A program made the translations under genes and the position numbers. From the IMG/VR virus record IMGVR_UViG_3300022864_000001, positions 1 to 64,000 of that record: a stretch of DNA of 64,000 bases; one strand, 5' to 3'. The DNA comes from a virus. The notes below the pieces were generated by a model. That model was not told the origin of the DNA, ran no database searches, and saw only the letters and a program-made list of their open reading frames with translations. This document shows positions 48,389 to 57,500 of the stretch, one piece after another (position 1 is the stretch's first letter; each line of letters starts with the position of its first letter).

Positions 48389-48781
48389 TCACTCTTTCAG
48401 CAACGCCAGCACAACCCTCGCGAGTTTCTTCAGAAACTCCTTGGCAGACGCCATGTCAGTCACGCGAGTCTGGATATAAGTATCAAGTTCGGCGTAAGTA
48501 AGCTGTGATAGGTTCGACAAGCTGATTGCGCTCTTGGCGTCCTGATACTGCGATGCGGCTTCACCGATGTCGCTGGTGTCCTGCTCGGCCTCGGCAGCAC
48601 GCATGGCAGCGAGGACTTTCGCTTTGGTAACGTTGCCGGTGATCCATGCTTCGTCGTATTCATACGCCGTTCGGGTTTTGCCGCCGTCGGTGACTTCTAC
48701 TTCGCGGATGTTGTATCGGTATAGTGTCTTGCCACGCGATGCGGCAAGTGTATCAGGGTATGTATCACTCATTGCTTTCAT
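48389..48781 (-). CDS. tail-fibre-associated phage protein
   Basis: YRYNIRE..YEYDE motif, downstream of tail fibre. Confidence 0.6.
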   Translation of the reverse strand: MKAMSDTYPDTLAASRGKTLYRYNIREVEVTDGGKTRTAYEYDEAWITGNVTKAKVLAAMRAAEAEQDTSDIGEAASQYQDAKSAISLSNLSQLTYAELDTYIQTRVTDMASAKEFLKKLARVVLALLKE

Positions 48782-48806
48782 TATGCTGCCTCCCTAAATT
48801 GTTCAG

Positions 48807-48908
48807 TCACTTGCCCTCACGGGAACTGCATGGTTTTGGATATGACCAGATTTGCCCATCGTTTGTAACAGCATACCGTCCTTCATATCCAGCGATGTCT
48901 TTCATCAT
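48807..48908 (-). pseudogene. NUMOD4 (HNH endonuclease) remnant
   Basis: Translates MMKDIAGYEGRYAVTNDGQIWSYPKPCSSREGK*; no HNH domain follows. Confidence 0.7.
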
Positions 48909-48919
48909 TCCATTGCCTC

Positions 48920-50710
48920 CTACATAGCTAACCGGCCGCCGAAGTGCGCGGACACATACGCAGCAGCAGTATGCAGAGCCCAACAGAACCCGCCAGCAGC
49001 CGCGCCATCATGCGCAACCCCGCCCAACAGGGCCACCCGCCAAGCAGCAGCTTGGTAGTAATAGTCGGTAATTTTGGTCGTCGAAGTCCCAGTCACGCCT
49101 GCTGGCAAGAAGCCTTCGCTGATTTGCTCTAACGCGCCCTGATAGCCATTGACGTTGTGGAGCGTCACGCCAGGGGCGTCGTAGTTTGCAGCAGTATCGT
49201 CAGCGAAATCCGTGTCGGTGTTACAGAAATACGGGATATTGTTGTTGATGTTGAATCCGTCAACGAACTTCCAAATATGCCCATACCAGTTCTCGATGCC
49301 GCGGTAGCTCATGTACGAGCCAACAGTGGCGTCACCACCACTCGTATTGGCCGTCACGTTTCCATCTGAATTGCTGTTCCCCGTCGTCTCAATCGGATTG
49401 TAATTGCTCCACGCGGCCCAAGAAGCACTAACCCAGTCTGTCAACCCGTTGCCAATCATGCTCTGCGAGTAGAAGTCAGCATACTCCACGAGGTACAGTA
49501 GTTGAATGGCTGAAGCTAGATAGAAGTCGAACTGTCGCCACCCCGTGCCGCGGGTGTCAGCAACAGCACGAAAATTAGCTCGCGTGCCGTAGTTCATGGG
49601 GGCTTTGCCCGAAACGGAACCCAACACATCTCCGGTAGTTGCCGTCCAATCCCGTTGAACCTGGATTACACACTGGTCATTTGCCTGTGTTCCCGCCAGT
49701 GAGCCAGTTTGTAGGGTAATGACTGTATCGGTCACACTCTTAATATCATACGTGCCATCGTTCACCGTGCTACCACTAACCACTATTTTGTCAACTGTGG
49801 CCACCAAGTTGCTGAACGCGTGAGTGTTGGCATCGGATGTAATCGTATCGTCAGCCACCCCGTTGTCTGCAAAGGAAATCGTGTAAACGGCGCTGGAAAC
49901 CAAGTAAAGCCCATTTACATATTTACTTTCGGACGTGTCATATAGCACACCCTCATATGCACCGACGTAACGAAAGTCCACTTCTGCGCCGTTCTTGGTG
50001 AATGCTGGATGTACCACGTAGCCCGGTCTTTCGTGGTAAGAGATGTCCCAAGTATGTACGTTGGCAACCCAACTGTACTTGTAATAGAACTTGGGTATCT
50101 CCACCATTACTTGACCATCCGTGCCGGTTAGGTCTGACGCCGCGCCATTCTCTTTCAGCGTCGAGTCTGTCGCATTGAGGTAGTACTGCACGACACCGGC
50201 ATCGCTAATCACACAGCGACGCATGGCCGCCTGAATAGGCAATACTCCATCGCCTGGCGAACTAGCCAATGCCAATCCAGCCAGCGACCCTCGTCTCGTG
50301 TAAGCATCGGTGCTCTCGTTCCAACTCAGCCCCTGCCATTCGGAATACTGGTCAACGTAGTCTTTCGTAACCGCATCACTGGCATGGGTTGGTAGGGCCG
50401 GAAGACGTATGTTCTTGCTGACACTGAACGCGTCTTCGCTCTCGTCCCATTTCAATAGTGGCGCACCCGCTACATTGACTGTAATCAGATCCGCATCAGC
50501 GTCTCCCGCCGCCCCAATGTCTATGCCTGTAGTGTTTAGCAATATACTAAGAGCATTGGCGGTGATGGCCTTGTGTGTGTAATCGGCGTTGTGCTCGACG
50601 AAGAGGCCGGTGTCTAAGGCGTCCCAATCGTCATTCCAAGTCGTATGCCAATCGAGGTCACCCCCCGAAGGTTTGTCCCAGTTATAATTGGCGGTAGGTA
50701 CTGAGGCCAT
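48920..50710 (-). CDS. tail fibre / receptor-binding protein with C-terminal C-type-lectin (Mtd-like) domain
   Basis: DAVTKDYVD; GQVMVEIPKFYY; HPAF..YVGAYEG; YRGIENWYGHIWKFVDG; ends LGG..GA.AGGF.W...FGGRL. Confidence 0.85.
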   Translation of the reverse strand: MASVPTANYNWDKPSGGDLDWHTTWNDDWDALDTGLFVEHNADYTHKAITANALSILLNTTGIDIGAAGDADADLITVNVAGAPLLKWDESEDAFSVSKNIRLPALPTHASDAVTKDYVDQYSEWQGLSWNESTDAYTRRGSLAGLALASSPGDGVLPIQAAMRRCVISDAGVVQYYLNATDSTLKENGAASDLTGTDGQVMVEIPKFYYKYSWVANVHTWDISYHERPGYVVHPAFTKNGAEVDFRYVGAYEGVLYDTSESKYVNGLYLVSSAVYTISFADNGVADDTITSDANTHAFSNLVATVDKIVVSGSTVNDGTYDIKSVTDTVITLQTGSLAGTQANDQCVIQVQRDWTATTGDVLGSVSGKAPMNYGTRANFRAVADTRGTGWRQFDFYLASAIQLLYLVEYADFYSQSMIGNGLTDWVSASWAAWSNYNPIETTGNSNSDGNVTANTSGGDATVGSYMSYRGIENWYGHIWKFVDGFNINNNIPYFCNTDTDFADDTAANYDAPGVTLHNVNGYQGALEQISEGFLPAGVTGTSTTKITDYYYQAAAWRVALLGGVAHDGAAAGGFCWALHTAAAYVSAHFGGRLAM

Positions 50711-50743
50711 AATTTGTCCCCCTACTTAAGTGACATGCCCGAT

Positions 50744-50772
50744 TTGACAAGCATTGAGTGTTGTGCTATAAT
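50744..50772 (+). promoter_or_regulatory. promoter of antisense moron gene
   Basis: TTGACA-17-TATAAT. Confidence 0.8.
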
Positions 50773-50822
50773 AAAGCCGTGAAAGATGAAGTGCCGAAAA
50801 CTGCACAGGAGATAATGTCGTT

Positions 50823-51176
50823 ATGAACTTGCCGCCCCTCATTGTAATAGTTACCATCGCATTTCTAGCACTTGCTACAATGTGCCCCGTTGACGGCTGG
50901 GGCTATACCTATGCTTGGCCGTCCCGATCCGCAGCCGTGAACATCCACGTGCTCTGCCCGCCCAATTACGACTGCGCGATAGTCATGGGGACAGAGTTGC
51001 GCCAAACCTATGTGGAATATAAAGTTTCCGATGAATGGCAAGAACAGAGATTCCACTTTGACCGGTGCATTGATGGCAAATGCACGCGCACGTTCTGCTT
51101 TGGCTGGCGCGGGCTTCTCTGCATATTCCATTGGCCCGAATACCAGTGGGCGTATATGCCACTTGTGTTGAACTGA
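50823..51176 (+). CDS. secreted Cys-rich moron protein with C-terminal YMPLVLN motif
   Basis: Own promoter, AGGAG RBS, signal peptide; antisense within tail genes. Confidence 0.7.
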   Translation: MNLPPLIVIVTIAFLALATMCPVDGWGYTYAWPSRSAAVNIHVLCPPNYDCAIVMGTELRQTYVEYKVSDEWQEQRFHFDRCIDGKCTRTFCFGWRGLLCIFHWPEYQWAYMPLVLN

Positions 51177-51237
51177 AGCATTCATCCTGCCCAATCCCTC
51201 TATACCCCAACCAAAGTTTCCCGCCAGGAGGCTGAGA

Positions 51238-51495
51238 TTATGCCATTCCCTCTTGCTCAAGCGCTTTCTGCTTAGTCCAGTTGTCTATTTCTAATAGCGC
51301 CTGTACAATATCGTTAGGTATGTCGGGAATAGCAACGGTCTCAACGACACGGCTACCCGCTACCCCGACGAGCTCGTTGCCAAGTTCGTCAAGGAATACG
51401 TAGCGTCTCTCTATCTGCAAATCATTGCTCCTGCGCATGATTGTGAGCTTGCCAAGCCCCAGGTCGTGTGCCGTCCATGATTTTGGTGTAGTCAT
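51238..51495 (-). CDS. small hypothetical tail-region protein
   Basis: GAGG RBS, co-oriented with tail genes. Confidence 0.6.
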   Translation of the reverse strand: MTTPKSWTAHDLGLGKLTIMRRSNDLQIERRYVFLDELGNELVGVAGSRVVETVAIPDIPNDIVQALLEIDNWTKQKALEQEGMA

Positions 51496-51504
51496 CTTAT
51501 ATCC

Positions 51505-54492
51505 TCATTTCGCAGCAAATACTCGAATATATCCGGTATTCCCACCAACTTCTACTTCAATCCAATCTTGTTCCGTGGCCGCTGCTGATCCAGCGTCTAC
51601 GAATTCCAAGTTCTCGGTAGTCATGTTCCATTCCGTAAGGCTGTTAGGACCGGCAGCCCCGATGCCGAGCTTGCCAGTACTCGTGTTGCCATACAGTAAA
51701 TCCCCAATGTTGAGGTAATTGGAGGTATCTGCTGCTGGTGTGTCTAAGCTGTCGCCGATGAGGATATTCGATGAGCCAGTAGCCAAAGTGACAGCGCCAG
51801 TGAGGCTACCAATTAGTATGTTGTTGTCTCCGGTAGTTATCTCAAGGCCAGTTCCCGCGCCAAGCAGCGTGTTCTCCGTTCCCTCAGTTATCTTCCAGCC
51901 ACTTATATGCCCGACAGCAGTATTGCCGGTGCCAGTAGTCACTGCATACAATGCATAACGGCCGACTGCCACCAGATTGCCCGCTGTGGTCAGTCCAGCC
52001 GCGCCTGTACCCGCATAGGCCCCAAAGAGCGCGTTGCTTTGGCCAGTGGTGTAGCGTCCTGCCCAGTAACCAACTGCCGTGTTGAGATGGCCCGCTACCA
52101 CCCTAGAGAGGGCACTATCACCGACGCCGATGTTGAAACCCCCCGTGGTAACTGCGCCCAGACTATTAGCCCCAATCCCGATATTGTAGGTTCCAGAGCT
52201 TACCGAGTCCAGGGCGTGAAAGCCCACTGCAACGTTGTTATCTCCAGTCATGCCGCCTGCATCGCCGTACAATGCGGACACGCCCAGGGCGACGCAGGAG
52301 TCTGCTGTCGTTAGATAGTAGCCCGCCTTGAACCCCATTAGGACATTCTGCAGGCCCGTTGTCAAGGAGTAACCAGCGTTGGTCCCCGCGGCTATGTTTT
52401 GATGGCCCGTTGTCACTGCGTAGAGGGCCTGATAGCCCAGCCCTACGTTCCCATCGCCGGCCATCCCCCCCGCATCGCCATATATAGCTTGATAACCGAC
52501 GCTGACATTGTAATCGCCAGTCGTAATGTTATAACCCGCATCAGTCCCGAATAGCGTGTTATACGTCCCTGTGCTAAGATTGTCTCCGGCATCAGCTCCT
52601 ATAAGAGCATTGCTGCTTGCCCCACCAACCTCCATAATTTTGGTGGCCCCGTCAAACATTTCGATGTTGGTAGCAGACAACTTTATGTATTTATCAGATT
52701 GGTCTCCAAGGTAAACGACACTGCCTATAAATTGGCCGCGCACGACATCGCCGCTGTCCAGGAAGCGTATGCCATTCGTGGAGTCAATGGTCATATAGTC
52801 ATCTACGCTGTACTGTCCTAAACCTACACCAAACGTAGACCCTGTATAGCCGTAGTGCCCATTGAGGTCGCCCATCGCGGCCATCTCCAGGCCACCCTGG
52901 ACTATGATAAGTTTACCTGCTGGTGGAGTCTTGGTAGTATCCAGCCCCAGAATAACCCCCGTGGCGCTTCCATAGGACGGATTCCAGCTAAACCCGCTTG
53001 GCAAGTCTGCTGCTACTATGAGCGTGCCACCATATATTGCACTGGCTTCCTCTACGCCCACATTTCCGCCAGGGGGTAGTCCTACGACGGCGTTGTCATG
53101 CCACCCTGCGCCGCCCGATATTCCCCCTGTTCCCGCATCGCCGCGGGTCATGTCTCGCAATAACTCACCGAGGCTTGGTTGGAACTCAGCAAACGTAACA
53201 GAATGTTCTACCCCCCGCCTGCTGGGGCGTGTAGTGACTGTCTGTGTTACATAAGTATCGCCGCCACATCCTCCATATCCACATCCGCCAACGCCAGCGC
53301 CCCTGTCTGCGTCTAGCCCTATAGCTGTGCATGTTATCCCCAACGCCTCGCCAGAACCCAGGCCGTAGCGTTCTACGTTGACCCTGCCAGTGCGCCTGCG
53401 TATGGAATGTTCAGATAGATACGCATCGCCGTAAGCCTCGGCTTCCTCTACCGTGCTAATATCGCGATTGACTACGACGCGTGTTATTACTCGCCCGTAG
53501 TATGTCTGGCTGTTAACAGCATTGCGTGTGACAGCAACGGGTTGCCGATAAGTGTACTTGACGACGATGTTATTGACACCAACGGCAGGAGGGTCAGCAG
53601 CATCCCACCGGACTCTACCGCGATGGTAGTTGACCAATACGTCTACATCAGTGAATGTGTAGATAACGAAGTCTGTAGCCCATGTCTGGTGTGCGCCACC
53701 TACAGTGATGTTTACGATACTGCCAACGCCCGGATTGCTCAGGAAGAACTCTGCCTCTGCACCGTCGCCGCTGAAGGTGTCTGTCTGTATAGCTGAATCA
53801 CCTTGACCGCCACGGACGATGACGCGATTAACCAAGCCCTCTCCATCGTCTTCGATGCTCAGCGTGTCTTCTTGTGGCAGATACGACGTAGCCCAGTCAG
53901 GAGCATCGGTGTCTATCTCATACGCTGCCGAATCAGGTGTCGTGCCCTGCCAGTAATGCAGGTCCTTTGAGTAGTCAACGCGCCACTGGCTCCGAGTGCG
54001 TTTTGCTATTTGCTGTACTGCATCGTACAGCGTGATGTTGTCGAATACGAATGAGTGTACGCCTACGCTTGCCGTGACATTGACGGTTGTGATCTCGCCC
54101 AGATAGGTAGTGAATAAATCGTCTAGTACGGCCTCGTCAGTCTGGTCGGTGTAGTCCGAGTCAACCACTACCGTCTTTAAGAGTACCCCATAGTCCTGGC
54201 AGTATAGTGTTGCTCGTTGCTGCGAGATGCTTTTAGCGGCTTGGCGTTTCAGGCGCGTGCAGTATCCAGCAAACGCGCGTGTTGCGCCCTCGTCGACCAC
54301 GACCACTTCCTGCCACAAGTCTACCCGTGGCATCGTGCCGTCAGCGTCCTCTAGGACGAAATCCGCGACGTCGATTTCATGTGTTAGGGCACTCGTCATC
54401 TTTAATGAGTCGTGGACGAGATATGAAGAAACGTCATTCCCGCCAACGCTGATTCCAAAAACGTGCGCACTGTCAAGCACGGTCATTGACAA
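51505..54492 (-). CDS. minor tail / tail-tip protein with C-terminal beta-helical Gly-rich repeats
   Basis: N-terminal hub-like region (LYCQDY..LVNRVIVRGG); many TTG..N.A.G..AL repeats; follows the TMP. Confidence 0.8.
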   Translation of the reverse strand: MSMTVLDSAHVFGISVGGNDVSSYLVHDSLKMTSALTHEIDVADFVLEDADGTMPRVDLWQEVVVVDEGATRAFAGYCTRLKRQAAKSISQQRATLYCQDYGVLLKTVVVDSDYTDQTDEAVLDDLFTTYLGEITTVNVTASVGVHSFVFDNITLYDAVQQIAKRTRSQWRVDYSKDLHYWQGTTPDSAAYEIDTDAPDWATSYLPQEDTLSIEDDGEGLVNRVIVRGGQGDSAIQTDTFSGDGAEAEFFLSNPGVGSIVNITVGGAHQTWATDFVIYTFTDVDVLVNYHRGRVRWDAADPPAVGVNNIVVKYTYRQPVAVTRNAVNSQTYYGRVITRVVVNRDISTVEEAEAYGDAYLSEHSIRRRTGRVNVERYGLGSGEALGITCTAIGLDADRGAGVGGCGYGGCGGDTYVTQTVTTRPSRRGVEHSVTFAEFQPSLGELLRDMTRGDAGTGGISGGAGWHDNAVVGLPPGGNVGVEEASAIYGGTLIVAADLPSGFSWNPSYGSATGVILGLDTTKTPPAGKLIIVQGGLEMAAMGDLNGHYGYTGSTFGVGLGQYSVDDYMTIDSTNGIRFLDSGDVVRGQFIGSVVYLGDQSDKYIKLSATNIEMFDGATKIMEVGGASSNALIGADAGDNLSTGTYNTLFGTDAGYNITTGDYNVSVGYQAIYGDAGGMAGDGNVGLGYQALYAVTTGHQNIAAGTNAGYSLTTGLQNVLMGFKAGYYLTTADSCVALGVSALYGDAGGMTGDNNVAVGFHALDSVSSGTYNIGIGANSLGAVTTGGFNIGVGDSALSRVVAGHLNTAVGYWAGRYTTGQSNALFGAYAGTGAAGLTTAGNLVAVGRYALYAVTTGTGNTAVGHISGWKITEGTENTLLGAGTGLEITTGDNNILIGSLTGAVTLATGSSNILIGDSLDTPAADTSNYLNIGDLLYGNTSTGKLGIGAAGPNSLTEWNMTTENLEFVDAGSAAATEQDWIEVEVGGNTGYIRVFAAK

Positions 54493-54507
54493 ACCCCTGT
54501 TATCATG

Positions 54508-57500
54508 CTACGAAATACCTGTCGTCCGTCGTATTTCGCGCCACAGCTCCTGCGCGAGAAGCGAAACATCTCTGTCATCCCTGATGGTCGTCCCGTTGAG
54601 GTTGATGGTAACGTTGGGGACAGATGCCATCCCCCCCAGCGCCTCACTCTCTCCAATGCCCAACGTGGGCGGCAGGCCAAAGCCGGGTAATCTGCCCAGC
54701 CCCGCTATGCCGTGGTTGAATGCTGCTGTAGTATTGGCCATGTAATCTTCAACCCACTTTTCGTCGGGCAGCTCAGAGAATGGCCCCCACTCGGCAGGCG
54801 ATGAGGGGAACAGTCCTGCTAGGGCTGCAATCTGCGCCTCGACTAGCCCAAGCCCCGCTGCTAGTCCACTTGCCAGTTTGTCCATGTAGTTATAACCAGG
54901 GTCCCACCAGGTGCTAGTGGCAGGCAAGTTTGAGACGCTTACTGCTGGTATTACAAAGTTGCTCATCATAGCCGCAATGCCTTGGTAATAATCTACAGCG
55001 CCAAACTTCAATCCGCCAGCCATGGCAGAGGCCAGCGCAAAACCCCAAGTATACCACTCATTCCACGCCACCGTCTTTGATGGCTGCACCTCTGTTTTAG
55101 TATCGCTCACTGCTGTTGTAACGTTTCCGAGATATTGGCCTATGCCAAGGGCCAGATTATCAGTATATCGTGCCCCTCGGTATTTCCAATCGTAATGGTC
55201 TACCAGGACACCCCCACCTGTATGCGGCACTGTTAATTTAGTGTTAACGACACCAACTGCTGTTGAGACAGTAGTCGCTGAGCCTGATAGCCCCCCCGCC
55301 AAAGCAATGCCGTAGCCGGCCCCAGCATCTGTCCATCCCTTCGTAGCGGGAAGAGCAGTTAAACCTCCGCCAATAGCGATGCCCACATCCGTTACAGCAG
55401 TATCTATATCTGTGTCCGCATCTCCCAACCCGTCTGCAAGCGCCTGGAACAATTGCAAGATGAGATCAAGATATTCGTCGAGCGTCTCGGTAGATGGCAA
55501 GTCGGCGTCTGTTAGTGCCGTCAAAAAACCCAGCGCGGCGGTAAGCCCCGTTACCATGGTCCCGATCTTCTCAGTAAACCATGTCACTGTGTTTACAGTA
55601 TCAGGGCCGAGGTCATCGACAATCCAGTTGTTCATTGTCGTGATAATGAAGCCAATGGCGTCTGTGAAGTGGCTGACCTTCTTCTCGAACCATATAGGGG
55701 GTGTGTCGCCCTCAAACTCTGGTAACGTGGCATCAGCCAGCTTGCCAATGACGGTCAGTCCTGCCGACAGTGCCGTGAATAGGTTGGTCATCACACCACT
55801 GAATGTATCGGTAATGGTGACTTCTTTTGCGTCAAGCCCTTGGGCAAACGTATGCATATCGCCAAATATGAGATTGACTTGGCGTATGAAGAACCTGATC
55901 TTCCCATCGGTTGGGCTAAACAGGCCGCCAATACCACTTACCAGCAAAAGGGCTTCGTTGAGGCCAGTCATCAGTGCCCCTAGCGTGGTGCCAAAAGACG
56001 TAGTGAGCAGTAATCCCTCTGCCGAGAAGTTGGCGCCCGCACCTACGTATTCGCCCGTGCCCGTGAGCCACTGGTAGAAATGGTTGAAGATGTCTTCTAC
56101 GTCTTCTATGAAGTCGTCTACGAAGGTATCAAGTGGGCTGGCGTAGTAGCCCAAGTTTTTGAATATGTCCATTGCCGCGGACAGCCCGCCAAAGATGGCG
56201 CTTAGCGCAGTGCCCCACGCTATTACAGAGTCAAACTGGCTGGCTTCTTCCTCGGTCTGCGGATAGGTTGTCGTAATGTGGGTATAGAGTTTGTCAAATA
56301 CACCCGTGGCCCACGTTGTAAATTCGGTCCATGCCTTGTCGGGGTCTACAAAGGTAGCAACATCGGCGGCAAGCGAGAGCGCCCCGCTCAGGCCAGACAT
56401 GATGCTGCCCAGGGCACTACCCCAGGCATTGACGAGGTCTAGCCCATCCTTCGTATAGACGTGTTGCCCATCGTCTGTTACGTGTTCTTCTGTGACCCAC
56501 AGGTAGACAATGTCGAATATGTCCGTAACCCAGGTAAAGAATGAGGACCAGATGGTATCGCTGGGTGCCGCCCAATCTTCGGACAGCGCGAACTCGGCGG
56601 CGGCTTGTATGCCTTGCACAAGCGCGGATAGTGCGTCACCAAACGCGCCGACCAGGGCCATCTCTTTATCTGTCCATTCAGTTCCCGCAAGCCAAAAATA
56701 AAATGAGTTGAAGACAAAAGTGACCCAATTGAAGAACTCAGACCAGACTTCATCGCCAGGGGCTACCCAACCTGCGGCCAGTGTAAAGTCGGCAGCAGCC
56801 TGCAAGCCCTGTACGAGCGAAGACAGCGCATTGCCCCATGCTTCGACTAGGGCAAACTCTGTTGCATCCCAGCCCCTAATCTCTAACCAGCCCTTGATTT
56901 TGCCGAGAAGTAACCAGACCCACTTGTAGAACGGGTCCCATATATCGGCGGCGGGCGCTGTCCAATCTTCTGCCAGCGTGAAATCAGCAGCGGCCTGTAA
57001 TCCCTGTATGAGCGAAGATAGCGCGTCACCAAATGTGCCGACCAAATTGAGTTGTTCCTCTGTCCAGCCCTGGCCCGTTAAGTACCCCAGGACTTTGCCG
57101 AAGAGCAATATAACCCACTTGTAGAATGGATCCCACACATCAGCGGCGGGGGCTGCCCAGTCTTCTGATAGCACAAAGTCAGCAGCGGCCTGTAAGCCCT
57201 GCATGAGTGAAGACAATGCGCCTGCAAATGCGCCGACTAAATCAATCTGGTCTTTCGTCCACTCACTCCCGTCTAGCCAGCCGTAAAAGTCTGCGAAGAC
57301 CTCTTTGACCCACGCAACCAATTTGTCCCATGCGTCTTCTGGCGGCTTCGTCCAGTCGGCGCGTAATTCAAATTCCGCGACTGTAGTCAGTCCCTCCATT
57401 AGTCTAGACAATGCGCCTGCAAATGCGCCGACTAAATCAATCTGGTCTTTCGTCCACTCACTCCCGTCTAGCCAGCTGTAAAAGTCTGCGAAGACCTCTT

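Noticed and set aside
48389-48920. Complete DGR (avd, TR, RT)
   Set aside because: No second copy of the variable region and no RT motifs were found in the window.
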